A stretch of DNA of 63,651 nt, counting the filler, from Octopus bimaculoides (lineage: Eukaryota), in NCBI RefSeq assembly GCF_001194135.2. It is 7 parts of 7 records of this genome, joined end to end, with 100 filler letters (N's around TTAATTAATTAA, not from the genome) between each part and the next. Parts side by side here need not be neighbours in the genome. Positions count along the whole stretch, not along the records: positions 51,227 to 56,178 come from NW_026415538.1; positions 56,279 to 59,471 come from NC_069004.1; positions 59,572 to 61,381 come from NW_026352625.1; positions 61,482 to 63,651 come from NC_069006.1; 3 more parts are not named here. One strand, given 5' to 3'. The notes beneath the pieces are model-generated. The model did not search any database. It saw only the letters and a list, made by a program, of their open reading frames with translations, and had not been told where the DNA came from. Shown here piece by piece: positions 53,830-63,651 of the stretch (its first letter is position 1; every line of letters starts with the position of its first letter). The translations under genes were made by a program, and so were the position numbers.

Positions 53830-54520
53830 TTTAATAATTAGGATTGAAAAAGGAGAGATCCCAACAATGACTATGATGGCCATGACATGGGCCCTGAAGG
53901 AAGGAGTAAGCAGAAAAGACCTAAGAGTATCTAAAGAAGAACTGTTGAAAACAAGAGGCAGATCAGTGAATGGAGAATGTGGAGACCCAGGTTCGAATCA
54001 CAGTCGTAGACAGGCTAGCATGGAGAAGGAGAAATGGTAGGCAAGTGTGTGGCCTGAAAACAACAGGAAGGTGGTCTGGACATGAACCAGGAGCTATAAC
54101 GGAAAATGAGAACTACAGGACCTTGTGGGACTTCCCAATAAAGACTGACCACACTAATGAAGCAAGAAGACCAAATATGATTGTAGAGGACTAAACAAAC
54201 AATGTAATATCATAGATTTTGCAATTCGCTCTGAGAGAAGAGTTGATAGAAAAGAAATGGGAGAAAACTGAGAAATACCAGGATGAAGGCTAAGAGCTGA
54301 GGAGAGTGTGGCAGACCAAGACAACAATTATTCCTGTAGGAAATGGAGCATTTGGCACAACACCCAAAATGCTACTTAAAAGACTGAAAGAGATTAGAGC
54401 TGAAACTCGCATTGTCCAAGTACAGAAAAGTACTGTTCTATATTCTGCAAGAATCCTAAGAAAGATTCTTGAGGTTTGAGGAAACTTGTCAACAAACCTC
54501 AAGATAAAATAACTGACAAC
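53830..54520 (+). mobile_element. Decayed RLE-type LINE 3' portion inside intron A-B of the TPR/ANK gene (antisense)
   Basis: LWDFPIKTDHTNEARRPNMIV, EKTEKYQD, IIPVGNGAFGTTPK, QKSTVLYSARILRKILEV-stop, with stops and frameshifts. Confidence 0.75.
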
Positions 54521-54587
54521 TAAATTAGCATAGGAGGAGGAGGAGGATTAAAAAGAAGTAAATCAATGAGAGACGAAAAAAACTTAC

Positions 54588-54754
54588 AGCATATAAGCCC
54601 TGATAATATTTGCTTAGGTCTTTTACTTGATGACAATACAGCAAAAGGTTAGCACCTCTCCTACACTGAACGGTTGCAAATTCATAGTTCTTCTTATTAA
54701 TAGCAGATTCAATGTTCTGTCTCACACGGGCCATTTCTATACCAGCACATGTAA
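54588..54754 (-). CDS. Exon A of TPR-like/ankyrin-repeat gene (TPR-like helices)
   Basis: Minus-strand acceptor ttcttcattatag| and donor GCT|gtaagt; 167 nt, phase 1 to phase 0. Reads TCAGIEMARVRQNIESAINKKNYEFATVQCRRGANLLLYCHQVKDLSKYYQGLYA. Spliced to exon B it gives LYASRAK, like the TPR LYSNRA motif. Confidence 0.7.
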
Positions 54755-54899
54755 CTATAATGAAGAATTGGATTGGTAAAATAAAATCAATATAAATAAT
54801 TCTGATATGTGTGTATACATAAATATATAATCATCATCATCATTTAGCATCTGTTGTCCATGCTGTTGGCTGGTTTGACCAAGGCTGGCAAGCTGAACC

Positions 54900-56178
54900 A
54901 GACCCCAGTCTGATTTGGCATGTTTGAAGGTCATGCTTCACCACCTCGTCCCATGTCTTCCTGGGTCTACCTCTTCTACAGGTTCCCTCCANNNNNNNNN
55001 NNNNNNNNNNNNNNNNNNNNNNNNNNNNNNNNNNNNNNNNNNNNNNNNNNNNNNNNNNNNNNNNNNNNNNNNNNNNNNNNNNNNNNNNNNNNNNNNNNNN
55101 NNNNNNNNNNNNNNNNNNNNNNNNNNNNNNNNNNNNNNNNNNNNNNNNNNNNNNNNNNNNNNNNNNNNNNNNNNNNNNNNNNNNNNNNNNNNNNNNNNNN
55201 NNNNNNNNNNNNNNNNNNNNNNNNNNNNNNNNNNNNNNNNNNNNNNNNNNNNNNNNNNNNNNNNNNNNNNNNNNNNNNNNNNNNNNNNNNNNNNNNNNNN
55301 NNNNNNNNNNNNNNNNNNNNNNNNNNNNNNNNNNNNNNNNNNNNNNNNNNNNNNNNNNNNNNNNNNNNNNNNNNNGAGGCTCTTTGTTGACAGCAAAGGT
55401 AGAAGCTTTCTAAACTTTGCCCATTTTTATTCTAGCAGCAATGCTCTCAGAGCATCCACTTCCACTGCTAACTTGGTCACTTAGATAACGGAAGCTATCA
55501 ACTACTTCTAGATATCTCCATTGGCATTTCATAGAGTCAATTTTCTGTGTATTCCTACTGTTTACTGTATCTGTGCATCTGCCACACACAAAGACTATTT
55601 TCCCTGTTAACCTTCCTCTAATAATGCTGCCCCTCTTATGTGTCTGTGGCTTGCACTGGGTACACCTTATGGAGTTTCTACCTACACCTTTTCTACAGAC
55701 CAAGCAGAGTCATCTACCTGAAGGGATTTGTGATTTGTCTGCCTTTCTACTTACTAAGACTTTGGTTTTTTTGCTAGATTGACTCTAAAGCCCTTTGACT
55801 CCAGACCTTGCTTCCACTCATGGAATTTTTCCTCCAGCTCTGTTAGTGATTCGGCTATAAGAAGAAGGTCATCAGCATAGAGGAGCTCCCGGGGGATNNN
55901 NNNNNNNNNNNNNNNNNNNNNNNNNNNNNNNGGGGGGGGGGGGGGCAGCCCATCCTAAATTCCTGTCATTGGAGAATTATGACAAACAAAGAGGAAGTTG
56001 AGATTTGAACCTTAATGAACTCCTACTTTCTACCCCGAATTCATCTATTGCCAAGCCTCGCTTTACTGACAGCATTACTGTACATGGCTTGTATAGCTAT
56101 CACCAGCCACTCCTCTCTTCCTAACCACCATATAAGGGAGCAGGGAATCTTGTCAAAGACTCTCTCCAAGTCAACAAA
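54900..56178 (-). mobile_element. RTE-like LINE reverse-transcriptase remnant (gapped)
   Basis: PRELLYADDLLLIAESLTELE at about 55897-55835, then VCRKGVGRNSIRCTQC (C-rich insert) and LEVVDSFRYLSDQVSSGSGCSESIAARI. Confidence 0.8.
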
Positions 56179-56869
56179 NNNNNNNNNNNNNNNNNNNNNN
56201 NNNNNNNNNNNNNNNNNNNNNNTTAATTAATTAANNNNNNNNNNNNNNNNNNNNNNNNNNNNNNNNNNNNNNNNNNNNTGATGATGATGATGGTAGTTAT
56301 CATTATCATTGTCATGCTGGCTGTGGTAGTGATAGTAATAGTGGTGGTGGTGGTGGCGGCGGTGGTGGTGGTGGTGGTGGTGGCGTGATGACAATGACAG
56401 TGGTGATAATGATTATGGCAGTGATGATGATGATGATGATGATGAGAGTGAAAGGTGATGGCATGGCTGTGTGGTAAGAAGCTTGCTTCCCAACTATATG
56501 GTTCTGGGTTCAATCCCACTGCATGCATGGCACCTTGGGCAAGTGTCTACTACAATAGCCTTGGGCCAAACAAAGCCTTGTGAGTGGATTTGGTAAACGG
56601 AAACTGAAAGAAGCCTGTCATATATGTGTGTGTGCGTGTGTGTGCTTGTGTTGTCCTCCACTGTTGCTTGACAACAGGTGTTGGTTTGTTTATGTTTCTG
56701 TAACTTAGTGGTTCAGCAAAACAGACTGATAGAATTAAGAACTGACAGACTTAAAAAAAATAAAAGGAAATAAGTACCGGGGTCAATTAATATGCCAAAT
56801 AGTGCTGAAGGCGTTGCTCCAGCCTGGCCGTAGTCTAATGACTGAAACAAGGGAAGGAGAGATAAAAGA

Positions 56870-57252
56870 TATGTTGATGACAATCATCATAATCGTCGTC
56901 ATCATCATCATCATCATTGTGCCAATCATCATTACCATAATATAGACATTGTCATCACCAAAATGTTTGTCATCATTATTCATTGCTACCACCACCACCA
57001 CCACCACCACCTTCATGATCATTATTCTCATTGTCATCACAACCACCACCATCACCAGCATCATCATCAACATCATAATCATCAGCGTCATCAATTTCAT
57101 CATCATCCCCATCATCATCATCACCACCATCATCATCATCATCATCACAATCACCAACATCATCATCATCATCATCAATATCACCATCACCAACATCATT
57201 ATCATCCTCATCATCATCACAATCACTAACATCATCATCATCATCATCATCA
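56870..57252. repeat. Degenerate (CAT/CAC)n trinucleotide tract
   Basis: Visible triplet array; explains the poly-M/I/H/D ORFs. Similar tracts at 18775-18965, 36570-36675 and 56280-56445. Confidence 0.95.
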
Positions 57253-57382
57253 TCTTCCACTGTTGCAGACATAATACAACTTTACTTCTCTCAATTAAGG
57301 TTATATTCAGACAAGGTAAGACTTTGAAAAGTTTTCTCTGAATATCACCTCTAATAGGCTTCCTTCCTCTTGGTGCCTCTTT

Positions 57383-57424
<42 letters not shown>

Positions 57425-58187
57425 ATCTATGTGTGCCTGTGTTGTGTGTGTTTGTGCATTTTTGTCTGTGTTATTGTGTGTACTTTGATGTTTGTGTGTG
57501 CATATGCTAAACAGTCTGTGCCACACGTGTTTGACTTTAAGGCTATATATGTGTTTGTATTTGTGTGCTTACGCATGTGTGTATATATATATACATGTGT
57601 GTGTTTATACATACACACACCGGCACACATATAATGTATATGTATGTGTGTCAATGTGCATGTATGTATATATGTCTGTATGCATGTGTATATATGCATG
57701 TGTACAGAATTGTGTATAGGTGTATGTATGGGTATTTCCTTTCTTTTTCTTTTCCTTTTACTTGTTTCAGTCATTTGACTGTAGCCATGCTGGAGCACCA
57801 CCTTTCGTCGAACAAATCAACCCAGGACTTATTCTTTGTAAGCCTAGTACTTATTCTATAGGTCTCTTTTTGCCGAACCGCTAAGTTACGGGGACATAAA
57901 CACACCAACACTGGTTGTCAAGAGATGGTGGGGGACAAACACAGACACACAAACACACATACATATATATATATATACACAATGAGCTTCTTTCAGTTTC
58001 TGTCTACCAAATCCACTCACAAGGCTTCGGTCAGCCTGAGGCTATAGTAGAAGACACTTGCCCAAGGCGCCACACAGTGGGACTGAACTCAGAACCATGT
58101 GGTTGGTAAGCAAGCTACTTACCACACGGCCACTCCTGCATCTGAAGTATGTGAATTTATGTGTGTGTATATATATATATATATATA

Positions 58188-59459
58188 CAGGGTACGATGG
58201 GTAAATTGTCGCCATTATATATTTTTAATTTCACATGTGCATATTGTTTGTTTTTGATTTTGTCAACTACACAGTATAGTAGGGTCAGTTGGGCACCATC
58301 TGTGAGTAAGATGGTAAGTAAGCACCATGACACAATTCACTCTCCATGAAATTTGGAAACAACATGTACTGCTTGGCATTCATGCTGGAACCTCCAATAC
58401 AAACATTTCAGAGTGTTTAGCTCTCAATCTAAAGTCAGTTCAGAGGAGTCAGAAAGAGCTGGATGGGTCTGATGGTGATTACAAAGGTAATGCAGCTTGG
58501 AAAACTCACTCTGATCGTTCTGATAAGAAAAGGTCTCCTGAATTTGTTGGTGAGATCCAGGCCATGATTGACAACAATCCCTCCAAGTCAGTCAGGTCCA
58601 CCGCCATGGATATGGGAGTGTCTGTGTTTCTTATCAAGCAGGTAGTCCACAACGACATTCGGTATTCCTCATACAAGATGAGAAAGGGCCAGTTTTTATC
58701 CCAAGCCATCAAGGACTAGAGGAAAGACCACGCTATGAAGCTTTTGAACAAACTCAAGCATCCCCTCCAACAGAACATACTTCGGTTTTTCTCAGATGAA
58801 AAAAATTTCTGCTAGGATCAGTTGGTGAACACACAGAACAATTGTTCGCTTGCTGTGTCCCCAAAACATGTACCGAGAGTGACAAAAATCAAACATCCCA
58901 TCAATATTATGGTGTTTGGAATGATCACTACTGATAGCGATGTTATGCCTCCATTCATCTTTCCTCAGACTCAACACGGAGGCCTACATCAACTGCCTGG
59001 AGGGGGCATTGCTGTCCTGGGTCAAGAGGGTGGCTGCTGGAAGACCCTATCTCTGGCAACAGGACTCTGCACCATTCCACAGAAGCAGGAGAACCCAGTC
59101 ATGGCTGTCAGACAATTTCTGCGACCACACCACCTGTAACATCTGGTCACTTAACTCCCCAGACTGCAACCCCGTTGGTTGTGCGTGGGGCACAGTTGAG
59201 TGAGAGACCAACAAAACTCTTTGTGACATCAAAGATGACCTGAAGGTAACGATTATGGCAGCATTCAGCAACGTAAATAAGGAGACTGTCCAGAAGAGTT
59301 GCAGCAGATTCGTAAGGCATCTGGACGCCGAGGTTGAAGCCAATGGTGATTTTATTGAATAAATTTCCTCTTTAGTATTTCAAGATATTTTCATGGAATT
59401 TTGGTATATCAGTGTTATTTTCATTTTTGCATAATTTAGAAGACATTTTATTCACGTTG
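58188..59459 (+). mobile_element. Tc1/mariner DD37D (maT-type) transposon, near full length, inactivated
   Basis: Transposase pieces at 58327-59360: HTH region, FFSDEKNF, VFGMI, WQQDSAPFH...NSPDCNP with D-37-D spacing (last Asp lost to a small indel). Several stops and frameshifts. TA flanks; left end cagggtacgatgggtaaattgtcgcc with a degenerate right TIR. Confidence 0.85.
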
Positions 59460-60157
59460 TATATATATATANNNNNNNNNNNNNNNNNNNNNNNNNNNNN
59501 NNNNNNNNNNNNNNNTTAATTAATTAANNNNNNNNNNNNNNNNNNNNNNNNNNNNNNNNNNNNNNNNNNNNTTAGTATTATCGATTTTAAATCTTGCTGC
59601 TACTGCTGCTGCTGCAGCTGCTAAGGCTACTGATGATGTCACTGAATGTTGTTAGTGGTGCTGCTGATAATGCTACTGTTGTTGCTGTTACTGATTCTTC
59701 TGGAAGTGCAGCTGATGGTTGTACTTCTAATACAAAGCGTTAAAAAAAATATATGCACAGAAAAGAAGAACGTCTTTGCTATTGAAGTGAATACGACTGA
59801 GTACGAGAAGGAAATGAGTTTAGTCTTTTATGAGTCCTGCTTGTTTCAGTCATTGGACAGCGGTCATATTGGGACACCGCTTTGAAGTCATTCAGTCGCT
59901 CGACTCGACCTCACGAGATTTTCTTCTAAGTTTGGTACTTACTCTATTGGAGAGCTCTTTTTTCGCTGAACCGCTAAGCTATGGGTATGTAAAGAAATCA
60001 GTAGCGTTTGTCAAGTGGTGGTGGTGGTGGTGGTGGAAGGATAAATACAAAGACATGCACGCACACACATATCTATGACGGGCCTCCATGTAGTTTCCGT
60101 CTACCGAATTTAGTCACAAAGCATTGGTCGGTCTAGGGGCTATAGTAAAAGTCACTT

Positions 60158-60230
60158 GAAGAAGAAGAAGAAGAAGAAGAAGAAGAAGAAGAAGAAGAAG
60201 AAGAAGAAGAAGAAGAAGAAGAAGAAGAAG

Positions 60231-60271
<41 letters not shown>

Positions 60272-60275
60272 AAAC
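60158..60275. repeat. Compound (GAA)n-(CAA)n microsatellite
   Basis: An uninterrupted GAA run switches directly to a CAA run. Confidence 0.95.
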
Positions 60276-61282
60276 AAGTGTGCCCAACACTAGTACTCTA
60301 TAAATTGACCCTGAAGGGGGTAAAAGGAAAAGTCGACTCCAGTGGGATTTGAACTAATGGCGCAGAGAACCGAAACAAATTCTATTTGACGTTCTAACAA
60401 CTTTGCCAGTTCACCTCTGCCAACGCCAGTACTATGCTGCAGGGAAATGGTGACCTCTCGAGTTACGGTTGATTTAATTCAGTCGCTAACGCATTTGGAA
60501 GAGGAACAGAGATGAGATTTAAACCTTAGAGCTAAGCACCAATGCAATCTAGACAAACATAAAATAGGCAGACATATGCTCACACCAAATAGCCACAGCA
60601 CCATTAATAATCTCTGTATGTTTCATCTGAACGCCACCTAGAAACATTGCGCTCGGATTCACACTAGTAATGTTAAGTGCAGAAGAACACCTGTCGCGCT
60701 CCAGCTGAGTTCTTCATTCTTGGTACTACTGTTAACACAACCAGAGTTTAATTTGGAGACAGACACGAACGGACAGGACAGTGACTCAAAAGATTTATAT
60801 ATATAATAGGTGCAGGCGTGGTTGTAAGTTAAGAAGCTTGCTTCCCAACCACACTGCCACTGCGTCGTTCCTTGGGCAAGTGTCTTCCACTATAGCCTCT
60901 GGTCGACCAAAGCCTTGTGAGTGGATTTGGTAGATGGAAAGTGAAAGAAGCCTGTCGTATATATATACATATATATATATAGCTAATTCGAGGAAGTCAT
61001 ATCCTCATTAGGGATTATATAATCCAAGTTATTCCACTGGTTTTATCATATAATGTGAAAGTCATTGGTATATGTTTGGTATATTATTGAAATTACTAAT
61101 ATTGGGGGAAAAACAAGAAGAATAAAATGGAGAATAAAAAATGAATGTAATTAATAATTTATTTGGATGTTACAAAAAGACGACAGCTTTTTGAAAAAAC
61201 ATTAACTGTCATGTTTTTGTAACATACTAATAAATAATTAATTATATCCATTTCTTCTCCATCTTCTTCTTGTTTCCCCCCA

Positions 61283-61335
<53 letters not shown>

Positions 61336-61481
61336 CATTTATATATTTGTATGTGTGTGGGTGTGTTTGTTTCCCCACCATNNNNNNNNNNNNNNNNNNN
61401 NNNNNNNNNNNNNNNNNNNNNNNNNTTAATTAATTAANNNNNNNNNNNNNNNNNNNNNNNNNNNNNNNNNNNNNNNNNNNN

Positions 61482-61585
61482 CTGCTGAATTTACTCGTCT
61501 CTTTCTTGAGAAACGAAACGCACTGAAGAAAGGGGCTCAACATACAAACCAATCAAACCGAAAATCCCAACCACCACAAGAAGAG
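61482..61585 (+). CDS. GIGYF2: GIGYF-family (GIGYF1/2, PERQ) penultimate coding exon, 5' end cut by gap
   Basis: The frame from 61484 reads AEFTRLFLEKRNALKKGAQHTNQSNRKSQPPQEE, resembling the GIGYF2 segment AKEFAKQFLERRAKQK followed by a Q/P-rich tract. It ends at a GAG|gtaagt donor in phase 0, matching the phase-0 acceptor at 62698. The symbol is the nearest vertebrate name; paralog assignment is not resolved. Confidence 0.82.
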
Positions 61586-61744
61586 GTAAGTAGCATTTAA
61601 ATTTGGCTTAGAAAATGAAGATTTACTGTGGTGTGTCCGAAGATGTCGTGTGTGTGTGTGTGCCTCTTACTTTTCTCTTGGTGACAGCAATATGTATGTG
61701 TGAATAGTCATATACACATGACTCGGGAAGAATCTTTAGCTTAC

Positions 61745-62110
61745 ATTATTATGGCTTGTTCACTAATCCCTTTGCAGAGTGTACCGAGTGAAATTTTATT
61801 GTGGCCCCCAACACTCCTGTCCACACACATGCGTCATACAGTCTACCTTTTACTCTGAGCAAGAGGCCCTTTATCACCAGCAGGGGTAGGAGCTCTCTGA
61901 ACTTTGCCCAGGCTATTCTTATTCCAGCAGCTACACTCTCAGAGCATCCACCCCTGCTACTGACTTGGTCACCTAGGTAATGGAAGCTATCAACTACTTG
62001 TAGTTTTTCCCCCTGGAATGTGACAGAATTTGTTCTCTGCACATTATAGAGGTTTCTACCTACACCTTTTCTACAGATCGAGCAGGGCCATCTACCTGAA
62101 GGGTGTTGTG
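61745..62110 (-). mobile_element. RTE-like LINE fragment in the last GIGYF intron
   Basis: LQVVDSFHYLGDQVSSRGGCSESVAAGIRIAWAKFRELLPLL...RVKGRLYDACV; same family as 54900-56178. Confidence 0.8.
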
Positions 62111-62697
62111 GTTTGTCTGAAGAAAATTGAAGTTAACAAATTGTATTGAGCTGTTTAAAAGTCAAAACTTGAAGCCCATCAAAACAACTCTACTGAATGT
62201 TATTGAACAAACTGATTCGTCATTTGATTTTGGAATGTGACCAAACTCATTGACCTGCAGAAATCCATTCAGCGGAAGATTCCATTGTTAAACAACTGGG
62301 AGAACACAAATCAAGCCAGCAATATTGCTTGTCTTGAAAGTGTCAAATCGATCAGCTTAATAAAATTAAAAGCACTTCTTTACATCATAACCTAAGCTTA
62401 CACTGGATTGTTCCACAAAGTTGTCAGATTTCTGCAACCTACTTCATAAAAATGAAAATCGAAAGCACTGAAAATCTGACATCATCTCTTCCTGCCAATC
62501 TGGAAGAAAATATACTCTTTTTTTTTAATCTATTAAATGCTTCAGTCATTAGACTGTGGCCATGCTAGGGCACCACCTTGAAGAATTTTTATTATGTTCC
62601 CCTCAAAGAAGCCCAGTTAATGATTTATTTTGTGTTTTTTTTCTGTAGCTTTCTGAATGCTTGTGTTGTTTCTTATCTGAGATTATTCTAATTACAG

Positions 62698-62994
62698 GAA
62701 AGTATTTGGGGTCCAGTTCGTAACACTGCCACAGAGTCTCATAGCAGCAACAGCATCAATAACAATAACCATAGCAACAACGATGCCATCAACTTGACCA
62801 ACCAACAGGAACACTTGTCTGGCAGTGGCAGCAGCAACAACAACAACAGCAACAAAACTAGTAGCAAGAGTAGCAAAAAGAAGAAACGCATGCAGAAGTT
62901 GGACACCAGTGTTCTGGGATTCACCGTCCACGCTGCTTCGGACAGGTTCAACGTTGGATCGATTGATTCCGTGACTCAGGCACAGAGTAAGTGA
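62698..62994 (+). CDS. GIGYF2: GIGYF-family terminal coding exon
   Basis: Acceptor attacag|GAA. Encodes ESIWGPVRNTATESHSS...SSKKKKRMQKLDTSVLGFTVHAASDRFNVGSIDSVTQAQSK-stop, matching the conserved GIGYF C-terminus I recall (DSVWG...KKKKKQKMVRADPSLLGFSVNASSERLNMGEIE). Confidence 0.88.
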   Translation, partial: ESIWGPVRNTATESHSSNSINNNNHSNNDAINLTNQQEHLSGSGSSNNNNSNKTSSKSSKKKKRMQKLDTSVLGFTVHAASDRFNVGSIDSVTQAQSK

Positions 62995-63651
62995 GTGGTG
63001 TGATGTTTTCGGCACGAACATGTGATCCACATATATTGTACAACTTTAGATAAATTTCAGATACATACACACGCATCAGCTTAAATACAGACACAGACAT
63101 TAGTGTGTACACAAACACTTAAAAAATATGTATGTGTATACAGAATGCAAAACTAAAAAAACAAAAGATGATGACAATAAAAAGGATAAGAAAGCAAGCC
63201 AGAGACAGCCAGTCAGTAAAAGCCAACCGTTGAAACCAGTCTTCAAAAAAGAAAAAACTTCCCAAATGATCTTATTGCAAAGAATGTATTGTTAAGTTGG
63301 TGGTGTTTATAGCCATTACTGTGTGGAGTTGCAAGCACTGTCTGGAGGGAGACTGAGGTATATGATGAGAGAAAGAGAGAGAGAGAGGTTGGTTAGTCAG
63401 TCATTCAACCCTGTGCGTGAGAAAGTAAGTGGAAAGCGATTTATATTTTCTTTTAGTTGTAGTTGTGTAAATGATTTTCAGCTTGTGTTTTTTTTTTTTT
63501 TTGTGTCCGAACGTTCAAATAGCTGTATTTGAATATCTGTGAAATACTCTGTAAACTTTTAGTGCCATGTAAGGGTGAAATGTATGGAAACATTGGGTGT
63601 TGGATGTAGTTGTATTTCTACAAAACATTACAGACTTTACACACCCGATAC

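Noticed and set aside
56783-57526. Poly-Met/Ile/His/Asp ORFs
   Set aside because: Translations of a degenerate CAT/GAT triplet tract plus a GT repeat; no splice or domain support.

Overview
AT-rich, microsatellite-dense animal genomic DNA. The SINE/LINE repertoire suggests a cephalopod (octopus-like); this is inference. The window is not one continuous locus. Six identical 100-nt spacers (44 N + TTAATTAATTAA + 44 N) split it into seven blocks, and further N gaps occur inside the blocks. Fragments of three unrelated genes are supportable, each in a different block. (1) One synaptotagmin-7 exon with the first half of C2A (47650-48019, +). (2) A four-exon, phase-compatible run encoding a TPR-like plus ankyrin-repeat protein, possibly TRANK1-like (54754 to 51282, -). 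Only parts of it show in the ORF track. (3) The last two coding exons of a GIGYF-family gene (61482-61585 and 62698-62994, +). The rest is transposon-derived or simple repeat: tRNA-related SINE families (some with intact TSDs), RLE-type and RTE-type LINE remnants, a Penelope-like remnant, a DD37D (maT) Tc1/mariner copy, hAT/MULE-like relics, a Helentron-like non-autonomous element and a candidate solo LTR. There is also a decayed 5S rRNA copy, three long palindromes and a SINE-core fold-back array. No CRISPR array or prokaryotic system is present. All family assignments come from recalled motifs, not database searches.
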